Below, piece by piece: positions 1 through 11,800 of a stretch of 64,000 nucleotides of DNA. Made by a program: the position numbers and the translations under genes. Each line of letters starts with the position of its first letter. The stretch's first letter is position 1. The notes beneath the pieces were generated by a model. The model was given only the letters and a program-made list of their open reading frames with translations, was not told where the DNA came from and ran no database searches. The DNA comes from Azolla caroliniana (lineage: Eukaryota > Plantae > Polypodiophyta). The stretch covers positions 6,076,001 to 6,140,000 of the forward strand of contig JBHGNT010000020.1 of assembly GCA_043228905.1 (NCBI GenBank), written 5' to 3'.

Positions 1-106
1 CCATTTTATTATTGGCTTAAAGTTGTCTCCTCTGGTATTATATCCCCCATAGCATTAAATGGAATATATTATTTATTTATATTGGCTTTGACTGTGGAGA
101 TGCCAT

Positions 107-2790
107 GAAAGAAAGAAAGAAAGAAAGATATATTAACGTCTTTTAAGAGGCCAAAATGGCCTATAAGACCGAATAAGAGATTACATCTTAAATGTTTTCT
201 CGTCTTTGAGAACAAATCAAAATAAAGTAAATATTACACAGTAAATATAAAAGTAAATAAGATGAAAAGAAAAGAGACGAGAGAATCTGGTTTTTGGCAC
301 ATGCGAGATTCTCAAGTTAGGTATATTGTAGTTTTTGTCTCCGAAAGATCTCTATCATAGGTCGATCCAGAATGGAAATGTCTCCAAAGCGAGGGACGCA
401 CCTACGATGGCGGGAGATAATGGCTTTTATTTGTCGATGACAAGGGTGTCGAGGTCATGGTCCATGGGGCCGGGGCCTACGTGCACGACAAATTGCCATT
501 GCCCGATCAATCGTAACCCCTTTGTTATATCCTGGTCTGGGTCCCATTTCTGTATCCTGGGGTTGACTTCTAGCATTAGGAGTGATGGAGCTAAAGAAAG
601 TTGTGATTGTTCTTTGTGGATGAGCTTGTGTGGCTGTATTCTTCAACAACTTTTCCCGATGTCTCTTGAGCTCGAGCAAGAAAAGTCCTAGGCATCTTTG
701 GTCCTCATATTCCATTACCTTGCGTAGTGGGCCAAAGCCTTGTTTAAAGAGGCAATGATATCTCCCTCTGGATTTCATAAAAGACACTACAATAACAAAC
801 ATAGTGTTCTTCAGATTCCACTCCTTGATGACACAATTGGCAAATTCTCTCTTCTAGAGGTAGTCGTGTATATCTGCCCACCTCAATCTGTAACTGATGT
901 GATGAGGTTCACAGCTGCCCTATCACACTACGCAGCGCATAGGATAGATGTATGTCCATATAAGGTGGCCTTATGACAAATCCATTCTCCGACGTATGTA
1001 AGAAGTGTGTCTTATAGTGGGCCATCTTTGTACCAAGTGGTATTTTGGGGCTGATCCATGTTATCTTGTTTTCTAAGTTAATAATATCAGTTCGGATCAC
1101 TCTATTCTTTTCCACTTTGGTCATATTGAGATGGGGACAGTCCAAGCTATATTGGAACGGGGGTACTGCATTTATACTCATGCCATGTGACTCGAACCAT
1201 TGCTGCATTTCAGCATACCAACAATGAGTGTCTCCATTTTCAGCCAGTTGTCTTGATGACATAAGTGCCAACCTTGGGTACCTTCGTTTAGGGAGCTCCC
1301 AAAGACGTTGGATAAATGTCACTGATCGGAACAATGCCTCGGTTATTATAGGTGCTGCTCCCATCTCTGCCCAGATAATATCGTGGGGCACCGATGCTTT
1401 GCTCCTTATCATGCGAGCAATCATTGACACTAAAGGTCTCTCTAAATCTTTCCAATGATTGGCCTTGTTAAGACTCGGTCCCCATGTCTCTACTCCATAG
1501 AGAAGAGTTGGTGTGACAAGTGTATCAAATAACCACAGCTTAGTCTGTGGCTCTTGGAACTGCAAATGTGCACATTGTCTTTCGAGAGCACCAAGGGCTG
1601 CATATCCACGAGAAAGTCGGGCACAAGCGGCCTCTTGTAAGGAGAACCTAGGTCCTGTAAATGTTACTCCTAGGTATGTGTAGGAGCATGTGTATTCAAC
1701 CTTTTCCTCTCCCAAGAAGAATTCTGGTTCTGATCTTGTTACCCATGCTTGGGTGGTGTTAAACACCATCACTTTAGTTTTATTCATGTTGATTGACAAA
1801 CCTTTGTCCGTACAAGATAGTTTTAAGGCATTTAGATGTCTTTGTAGTCCCTCCGGAGAGTCAGAAATCAGCACAATATCATCAGCATATAATAATATCT
1901 GTATAGCTATACCTGCTAGGTGTGCTCTGGAACCACCAAATCTCTCTATGTACTGTGATACCTCATCTATATAGAGACCAAAGAGTGTGGGGGATAGTGG
2001 GCATCCTTACTTCACGCCAATTGTGCTAGCCACCGCCTCTGACAAGCCCTTAGGAGACAAAACTTTTCCTGAAACAGATTCATAGAGTGCATAGATTCCC
2101 CATTGCATATCTATAGGAACACCAATGGCCTCTAGCCGCTGCATAAGCCGAGCACGTGGCACAGTGTCAAAGGCTTTTCGAAAATCCACAAAGCAGCAAT
2201 AAATCCTCTTATTGTGGGCTCTGCCCTCCTCAATAAGGTCCCGGAGGGTGAATATGTGATCCAAAGTTGTGAAACCCTTCCGAAAACCTACCTGTCCAAT
2301 TGAGCGGCAGCCATTTTGCTCTGCCCATATACTCAATTCTAATTCCAGAATCGAGCCATATAGTTTGGCCAAGTAATGGCCAATCATGATTGTCCTATAG
2401 TTGCTTGGCATCATGGGGTCTCCACTCTTGAGGATTGGCACAATGGTATGCTGAGTCCATCTAGTAGGAAAACCTTCGCACATGGCTCTATTAAAGATGT
2501 GTGCTAGCAATGGGAGCAAGGTGTCACGGGCATAGATAAAGTGTCCACCCACCAACCCATCATGATCTTGGGCCTTCCCAATTTGTAGCCTATCAATGGC
2601 ATTTCTTACATTTTGTGGTGTAAAGAAGGTTGATTCATGTGGGCGTGAGGCATTCGGGTGGGGAAGAGGAGGTTGCCTCGGGATATCATATAGGACCTTT
2701 GCATATTCGTGCCACACCTGAGGTGAGGTCAGTTGAGTGGTGGGTTGCCTCTCATTAAACAGTTTCCATGCTCTTTTACTCTCTCGTCCT
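107..2790 (-). mobile_element. RTEX-like non-LTR retrotransposon (family 1), 5'-truncated, ORF2 with stops
   Basis: RT motifs FVDFRKAFD, YADD and YTYLG; C-terminal LQIEVGRY…RICQLC…ESEEH Cys/His motif; 3' hairpin and (TTTC)n tail at 107-128. Confidence 0.9.
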
Positions 2791-2880
2791 AGAAAGAAAG
2801 AAGTATTGATGGCTCTAAAGAGGCAAAAATAGCCTATGAGATTGAACAAGGAATTACATCTTGGAGGTCATTTAAGAAAA
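2791..2880 (-). mobile_element. Older LINE family 1 3'-end fragment
   Basis: Diverged copy of the AAGATGTAAT…AGGCCATTTTGGCCT 3' terminus with TTTC tail, abutting the 5' end of the previous copy. Confidence 0.7.
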
Positions 2881-3802
2881 AATAAATATAAGCAAATATT
2901 AACAAACCAGAGATTTACCCAATGAATATGGATGCCAATGATTTGCAAAGATTAAGCAAACATTTGCAAAGAATGAAAGTGTTCATATATGAGGGCCTGA
3001 TGATAATCTAGCCTCTGGTGTGTGTAGAAAGTGTCTTAGCCATCTTCCTACCAGATAATGTTTTGGGGTTAATACATGTTATCTTGTTTCTCAAGTTAAG
3101 AATATCAGTTTAGAACTCTCTACTCTTTTCCACTTTGGTCATGTAAACAAACTTAGATGGGGGCAATCCTGGTTATATAGCGCATTTACGCTTATGCCAT
3201 GTTAACTGCCCAATCTCTCTGTGTAATGTGACACCTCATCTATAGATTGATTGATTGATAGATATTTCTATAGAAATATATATATATATATAAACGTCTT
3301 TTAAGAGGCCAAAATGGGCTATAAGACCAAACAAGGGATTACATATTAAGTGTTGTCTTGTCTTTGAGAACAACAAATCAAAATAAAATAAATATTACTC
3401 AATAAATATAAATGGAATCTGGTTTTCGGCACATGTGAGATTCTCAAGTTAGATATATTGTAACTTTTGTCTTCGAAAGATCTCTAGCATAGGTCGATCC
3501 AGAATGGTGAGGTCTCCGAAGCGAGGGAAACACCTGCAATGGCAAGAGAAAATGGGCTTTATTATTGATGACAAGGGTGTTGAGGTCGTGGTCCATGGGG
3601 CCGGGACCTACATGCACTATTTGCTATTGCCTGATCTATTGCAACCCCTTTGTTATTTCCTAGTAAGGAGCCCATTTGTGTACCCCTTTATTGACTCATA
3701 GCATTAGTAGGAGTGATGAGGCTAAAGAAAGTTGTGATTGTTCTTTGTGGATGAGCTTGTGGCTGTATTATTGTCCTTCAACAACTTTTCCCTATGTCTC
3801 TT

Positions 3803-4153
3803 TGTTGAGATACCAAGCTCAACTAGTTTTAATGTAGTTGTTGGTAGTTATTAGTTCAGCTAGAATTTAGTGCTCATGAATGAGCGAATTGTACGTATGT
3901 CAGCCCGCTCCTTTATGAGAGGAATAAAAGGGCTTTGTATAAAAGGTGCTTTGTGAGCATGTTGTAAGGTGTCGACCATTTTTGTTAATGAAACTGACTC
4001 TTCTGTAATTTGGTGCTAACTCTCTCTCTATACTGATGTATGCGGTTTGTCTAATCTCTAATTCCATCTCAGTTTTCTGTCTCTTTGATTCCATATGTGT
4101 TATATAGCTGTTTCGGCCCTGCCGACTTTGTGTCAACTTCTGAAATCTTTACA
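3803..4153. mobile_element. Solo LTR (351 bp)
   Basis: TGTTGAGA…TCTTTACA termini, 5-bp TSD CTCTT (3798-3802 and 4154-4158); LINE sequence resumes exactly on both sides. Confidence 0.85.
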
Positions 4154-4809
4154 CTCTTGAGGTCTAGCAAGAAAGGTCCTAGGCACCGTTGGTCCTCATA
4201 TTCCATTACCTTGTTTGGCGGGCCAAAGCCTTGTTTAAAGAGGCAATGGTATCTCCCTCTGATTTCATAAAAGACAATACAGTGACAAACATAATGTTCT
4301 TCGGATTCCACTCCTTGATGACACAATCGGCAAATTCTTTCTTCTAGAGGTATTCGTGTATATCTGCCTACCTCAATTTCAAGCTGATATGATGAAGTTC
4401 ACAGTTGCCCTATCACACTGCGCAGTTGCTCTAGGATAGATGTATGTCCATATAAGGTGTCCTGATGATGAATCCGTCCTCCAATGTGAGTAAGAAGTGT
4501 GTCTTGTAGTGGGCCATCTTCATACCAAGTGATATTTTGGGGCTGATCCATGTTATCTTGTTTTCCAAGTTAATAATATCAGTTTGGATCACTCTATTCT
4601 TTTCCACTTTGGTCATATTTAGATGGGGACAGTCCAAGTTATAGTGGAACAGGGGTAGAAAATCTATACTCATGCCATGTGACTTGAACCATTGCTGTAT
4701 TTCAGCATACCAACAATGAATATCTCCATTTTCAGCTAGTTGTCTTGATGACGTAAGTGCCAACCTTGGGTACCTTCGTTAAGGTAGTTCCCAAAGACGT
4801 ATACATGTC

Positions 4810-5043
4810 TAGCAATGGGCCCGGTTTCGGCTCAAACCGAACCGAACCGATAAACCGTGCCTTAACGGTTTATAGGTTCGAAGATAAATAAAGGGTTTGG
4901 TTTGGTTTCAAATGTTACTAATTAGTTTCCGTTCGGTTTTGAATTTACCGGTTTAGCAGTTTAGCGGTTTATCGGCTTCATAAATTTTAAGCAGTTTGGT
5001 TCGGATTTTTTTATTAATAAATGGTTTGGTTTGGTTTGGTTTC
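4810..5043. mobile_element. One-ended hAT-like MITE fragment with AAACCG/CGGTTT subterminal repeats
   Basis: Starts TAGCAATGGG, similar to the TIR of the 54693-55201 MITE; GGTTT/AAACC repeats; inserted in the LINE. Confidence 0.6.
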
Positions 5044-6802
5044 ATGCCACTGATCGGGACAATGCCTCAATGATTATAGGTGCTGCTCCCATCTCTGCCC
5101 AGATAATATCGTGGGGCACCGATGCTTTGCTCCTTATCATGCAAGCAATCATTGACACTAAAGGTCTCTCTAAATCTTTCCAATGATTTGCCTTGTTAAG
5201 ACTCGGTCCCCACGTTTTTACTCCATAGAGAAGAGTTGGTGTGACAAGTGTATCAAATAACCAAAGCTTAGTTTGTGGCTCTTGGAACTACAAATGTACA
5301 CATTGTCTCTCGATAGTGCCAAGGGCTGCATATCCACGAGAAAGTCGGGCACAAGCAGCCTCCCCCGTAAGGAGAACCTAGGCCCTGTAAATGTCACTCC
5401 TAGGTATGTGTAGGAGCGTTTGTATTCTACCTTTTCCTCTCCTAAGAAGAATTCTGGTTCTGACCTTGTTACCCATGCTTGAGTGGTACAAAATAGTTTT
5501 AAGACATTTAGATGTCTTTGTAGTCCCTCTGGAGAGGCAGAAATCAGCACAATATCATCAGCATATCGTAATATTTGTATAGCTATACCTGCTAGGCATG
5601 CTCTCGAACCGCCAAATCTCTCTATGTAATGTGATACCTCATCTATATAGAGACCAAAGAGAGTGGGTGATAGAGCACATCCTTGCTTCAATTCCGATTG
5701 TGCTAGGCACCGCCTCTGATAAGCCCTTGGAAGACAGCACTTTTCCCGACACGGATTCATAGAGTGCATAGATTCCCCATTGCATATCTGTAGGAACACC
5801 AAGGGCTTCTAGCCGTTGCATAAGCCGAGCACGTGGCAGTGTCAAAGGTTTTTCGGAAATCCACAAAGCAGCAATAAATCCTTTTATTATGGGCTCTGCC
5901 CTCCTTGATAAGAGCTCGGAAGGTCAATATGTGATCCAAAGTTGTGAACCCCTTTCAAAAGCTTGCCTGTCCAGCTGAACGGCAGCCATTCTGCTCTGCC
6001 CATATACTCAATTCTGATTATAGAGAGGCCAATATATAGAGACCATAGAGAGTGGGTGATGGCATCCTTGTTTTACTGATTTTGAGCTAGCCACAACCAT
6101 GATTGTTCGATAGTTGTTTACATTATTTGTATATCCACCTTTATGTCAAGATATGCTCCTATTTGTACTCCAATCCTAGGACATACCATGTCGCGATGCA
6201 CAATTAAACACATCACTTGTCACATGCATGTGCTTCGTTTCCAATTAATTTGACCATTTCTACCTTCATACCTTCAAGATCTTCTACCTTTAGAAGGCTA
6301 GTTTTTTAACCCACATGTATGCATCCTCAATGGTAAAGAAAAAAAGAAAAAAAGAAGCATACACTAACATTGTAAAGAATCTAACTCTAGTAGAGTTGAG
6401 TATTCAGAAGCGTAGTGTGTGTGTGTGAGAGTGAGTGTATAAGCAAGAGAAGGAATCAGAGAGAATAACCAGAAAATAAGAAAACACACAGTAGGGGGAT
6501 GACAGCTTATGCACTTAAGAGAGCTATATTAATTAATTAAAGATCATCAACAAAACAGAATGGGCAAAGGGGGTTTTATATACAAGTCCTAAAGGGACTG
6601 CCATATTAAATGTGTTGGTGGATCTAACCAAGATATCCACTTGAGTATGATTTTGTCATAAGAATATCTAATATTCTTTGACCACATTAACACTCGACAA
6701 CTACACAGATTACAATAAAGTGCGCTCACACACTTTTTCACACACCGTCCTTTTCTTCATAAGCACATGTTCACACAAGTTGAGCTTGATTCTCAACAAA
6801 CG

Positions 6803-8370
6803 TCTTTTAAGAGGCCAAAATGGCCTATACCTATAACACCAAAACAAGACATTACATCTTGAGTGTTGTCTCATCTTTGAGAACAACAAATAAAAATAAA
6901 TAAGTGTCTTGAGTGTCCTTTAAAGGCAAGTGAAAGGATTTGTTCATCTGTGGAGAGAAATGACAAAATGGTTCGGCAATATCTACCCCCTTGATGGTTG
7001 TTTCCTCCATAGGTGGAGTTTGTTTTACTATATGACATAGTGAGGGATATACTTTTTTCTCTGCTATAGCACCTGCACTGGCGGGAGAGAATGGCCTTTA
7101 TCTGCCAATGATAAGGGTGGTAAGATGGTCCATGTGGCCATGGACAACATGCACAACAAATTGCTATTGCTTATTGTAACCCCTTTGTTATGTCATGGTC
7201 AAGAGCCCATCTGTATAGCCCTTGATTAACTTGTGGCATTCGTAGAAGTGATGGGGCTAAAGAAAGTTGTGATACTTCGTTGTGGATGAGCTTGTGTAGT
7301 TGTATTGTTGACCTTCAACAACTTTCCAAAATGTCTCTTGAGTTCTAGTGAGAAAAGTCTCAAGCACCGTTGATCCTCATATTCCATTACCTTGCATATT
7401 GGACCAAAGCCTTGTTAAAGAGGCAATGGTATCTTCCTCTTATTTCTTTGGATTCCACTCCCTGAAAACACAATTGTCAAATTCTTTCTAGAGGTATTTG
7501 TGCATATATGTCTACTCTACTCTAACTGATGTGATGAAGCTCACAGCTGCCCTATCACACTGCGCAGTGCATAGGATAGATGTGTATCCATATAAGATGG
7601 CCTGATGATGAATTCATCCTCCGATGTGTGTAAAAATGTCTTATAGTGGGCCATCTTCGTACCCAATGATATTAGATGGGAACAATGCAAGCTATATTGG
7701 AACGGGGTTAGTAAATTTACACTTATGCCATGTGACTCAAACCATTGTTGCATTTCAGCATACCAACAATGAATGTCTACATCTTCAGCAATTTCTTTTG
7801 ATGACATAAGTGCCCACCTGAGTACCTGATCGGTATAATGCCTCGATGGTTATGGGGGCTGCTCACATCTCTGCACAGATTATATCATGGGGCACCAATG
7901 CTTTCCTCCTTATCATGCAGGCAATCATTGACACTAAAAATGTCTCTAAATCTTTCAAGTTATTTGCATTGTTAAGATTTGGTCCCCACATTTCTACTCC
8001 ATAGCGAAGAGTTGGTGTGACAAGTGTATCAAACAGTTGAGTTCATGGCTCTTGGCACTGCAAATGTGCACATCTTTCGAGAGCACTAAGGGCTGCATAT
8101 TCACAAGTAGCCTTCCGTAAGGAGAACTTAAGCCCTGCAAATTTTACTCCTAGGTATATGTAGGAGCATGTATATGCCACCTTTTCCTCTCCCCAGAAGA
8201 ATTATCGTTCTCAATTTGTTAACTACACTTGACTGGTATTAAACACTATCACTTCAGTTATATCCATGTTTATCTACAAACCTTTGTCCATACAAAATAC
8301 TCTGAAGGCGTTTAGATGTCTTTATAGTCCCTCAAGAGAGTTGGAAATCAGCACAATATCATGAGCATAT
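6803..8370 (-). mobile_element. Degenerate RTEX-like LINE family 1 copy
   Basis: 3' hairpin at ~6803-6860; [11 protein letters not shown] and SYALRSVIGQL remnants. Confidence 0.82.
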
Positions 8371-8392
8371 AGTAAACATATACATATAAACA

Positions 8393-8570
8393 TCTTTTAA
8401 GAGGCCAAAATGGCGTTCAAGACCATACAAGAGATTACATCTTAAAATGTCGTCTCGTCTTTGAAGACAACAAACCAAAATAAATGTAACTGAATTAAAA
8501 ATTAAATAGAAAATAGAATAAGTCGTGAGTAAAGAATCTCATCATCTATACATTTAAGATTCTCAAGTCA
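8393..8570 (-). mobile_element. LINE family 1 short 3'-end (variant 3' UTR)
   Basis: GAGGCCAAAATGG…GAGATTACATCTT terminus. Confidence 0.7.
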
Positions 8571-8662
8571 CTTGGATTGGTGATTTGTGAGAGAGAGATA
8601 GATAGATAGATAGATTATATTATCGTCTTCGGAGAGAGAAAGAAAGAGAGAGAGAGAGGAAC

Positions 8663-8836
8663 CTGGATTGGTGACTTGCAATCTCTGCATATATATTCAA
8701 TGCCCTCAGCAAATTCCAATGTATGACTCTCTTTAGATATCACCCTACAAAGATTAGATAATCTTTGCATTGTCTCGTTTGAAATATTCTCCATACGTTG
8801 CAATACCAATGTTGCATTTTTGCATTCTTGGAATCT
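8663..8836 (-). CDS. WDR35: WDR35/IFT121 exon 21 (last found)
   Basis: [12 protein letters not shown]...[10 protein letters not shown]|GT; begins a CxxC zinc-ribbon region. Confidence 0.75.
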
Positions 8837-11800
8837 CTGGAAGTGAGTATCAAATAATTAAAGAATGTGATAACAAAGAAATTATGCTTTTATCAATCAT
8901 TTCTATAGTACTAAATGAGAATATTAGGAAGTCTTATAAATTATATGTTTGTTTAGGAAACAAATGTTCTACTCAAATAAAGTTTATTGAAAAGACGAAA
9001 AAAAAATCTGAAATCATAGGGCTACTAATATAAGAATATTTTCATATATTATCAGGAAATATAATGTGGAGTACCCACAGGTGGCATCCAACCCATGGAT
9101 AGTTCAATTAAATCATCATTGATGAGTATAGTCATAAGAAACTTAAATGATGATATTTGACGTATAGTTGTTGACCATGCATGCAAGTACATGCTTTAAG
9201 TAGTTTTTTCCCTTCATTTATCGCAAAAGAATTACAACAAAATGAAGTTACAAATAAACAAGAATAGAAGTCCTGCAAATTGCTTGTTTTATTTAACAAG
9301 GCAACTGCCAATAATACAAATCCCTTACCCAAGTTTCAACCCTAACTACTAACTGAAAATGCCGATAGGAAAACACTTAACTTGGATGAATCCAAATGAT
9401 CAAGAAACTCTTGAATATTTTATATATAAATAAAGTGAACCATTTTAGTTCAAAACCTGTACACACTAGAAAGAATAAATATGTGGGTTCAAACCCTAAG
9501 CATACCCAAACAAATGCTCTCATAACATATACTTCAAACAAATAGACAAATATGTATACATGATCAGACATTAATGAGCCATGGTAATCTCAGAAGGTGC
9601 AGTACATCCAAGAGATTTCAAGACTCATAAAAATGCACATTGAATATCTAAACAAAGATAATTTTCAGGCCGAATCTTATGCTTTTATAACATTCCTTTT
9701 GATATCTTTGTAATGACAGCACTCAAATAAGCATCTATAAAATACAATCACATAAAAAACCCCAACATTCTATGCACACATAGCATAGTGTATCAATATG
9801 TCGTATCTATTGCCTTCTATGAATTGCCTTTCTTTAACGAACTTATGAGTATAATATTTTAAAATAATAGACTAAAACGGAAAATACCTTGACATAAAAC
9901 GACAACACAGCTATTAAGCAATATATCTTTTTTGGGTCAATAACATTTTCATACTCCTTGAGCCATAATGCAACCTGAATAAACAGTGTAAACGATTACT
10001 TATGTTTACATATTTTTGTAGTCTAATATGTAAGAATGTGTATACAATAACTGAACAAATTAAACATAGAGCCTGCTTCTAATCTTCTTGTATACATGCT
10101 AGAAACCTAGATATACCTTTAGAATAAAAATAGATAAAAGTTAAGAAAGACTTCATAAACCATTACACGAAATGCATATTCGAAGTTCCCTGAATAAAGA
10201 TGGTTGTGCGCTAAAAACCAATAATGGTAAGCTTCTGCATGATGCCAAGGTTTCTCCAACATGTCCATTAAATAATCATCTTCAACCTTTAAGTACAACA
10301 AATCTCATTGTAAGCAACACAAACAATAACTGTATCTATTTAAGAATCATTTAATCAATTATTAGTGTGTGCTGAAACAAATTACGTTTTATTTTTTACA
10401 AGCATGTGCACCACTGCATTTGCAAACATTGATGTCAATGTTCAAACCAGTATCATGATATGCAATTAAATTCAAATATTTAATCCCTCCTATTGAGGTA
10501 CAAGAGGTCTGACTGAATAGAAGATATTCAAAATTTATGAACATTACAATGTTTCTTTCTATAGAATAAAAACCAAGTGGTAGCATTCATATATCCATCA
10601 ATGCATAATAACAAATGTTGTTATGCATAACTCTACAAACCAGAGCAATACTGATTCAACAAATATTATATGGTGTTTAAAGTCTCCTCTCAAGAATATC
10701 CTCTCAGATAGACTGAATGCTCATTAAAAGAACATGTAAAGAATGTTCTACTCATGATTCTGACGTCTAGAATTCATTTCAACCTATCCGACTGCCTCTA
10801 AAATCAAGGCAAGGTCTGACCATGACAAAAGACTGTTGTCATAATGTTATATTATTTGGTAGCAAAGAACCCTGATTACTCATAAGGGTTTAAATTCTTT
10901 TTTAGCTACACCGTCAAATTCCTAAACCTCTAATAGGAGTACCTACCTATTGGCCCCAAGCAATGGACAGAAGAATATTTTCTCATTCGATCAGTGCCAT
11001 AAAATCCATCCGAAAACTTAACCCTCCAGATGAAATAGTCACTCATAATCAACTCAATTCTGATGGAAGAAATCTGGTATTGACATCGCATATGCATAAA
11101 TGGTATGGTCATAATCTCTCTTATCACCTGGCTGGATATGTAAGATTCTGCCATTCAGTTTATGAGTCAGCCTTCTTGAGTACAAGGAACATCTATATTA
11201 TAATTCCTCTTGAGTAATGATATAAGGATAATGTCATCATCATATGGATAGTATTATCTTCTCCTACCCATTTTCTTCATTTAATACTTTAATACAGACG
11301 AATTACTTCATACCAAGTTATTAACCTCGTGTTGTCAATGTTAATAATGCAAAAAAATTTAGCATGAGGAGAACCTTCAATTTTTGTGTTTCAAGTTTCC
11401 ATTTTTCGATCTTCAAGGCCATTGCAACATAGACCTTCTTTCTTATGTGTAGAGAAACCTGATTGCCAAAAACAAACATCGTAACCAAAGAGAAGTTGAA
11501 AAAAAAACTGAAATAAAAAATAAGATTAATGAAACATAAGACCTAAAATTTCTAACCTTTTCATTGATGATTTTCTCTGCAAATTTTCGAAGTAGTGTGG
11601 CAGCTTGAAGATGTTGTTTTACATCGTCTGCTGCTCTTATGGCTAGACTGTGTTTCTCACAACTTAAAAGGTATTCTATGTATGTATTGAATTTCTCTTT
11701 CACGAGTACAAGATGATCATATTTCTGCCCAAGTTCAAAAGCCAACTTCCATGCATGGAGGTCTAAGCAGCATTCAACGGACGACAATATGGAACCATGT

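Larger units (their letters stand above)
3293..6010 (-). mobile_element. RTEX-like LINE family 1, 5'-truncated, interrupted by a solo LTR and a MITE
   Basis: Colinear with the 107-2790 copy; frameshifted RT (ILRYADD). Confidence 0.88.

Noticed and set aside
6020-6800. Location of the terminal WDR35 exon
   Set aside because: No open Cys-rich frame with a CxxC/CPLCH-like motif was seen on the minus strand.
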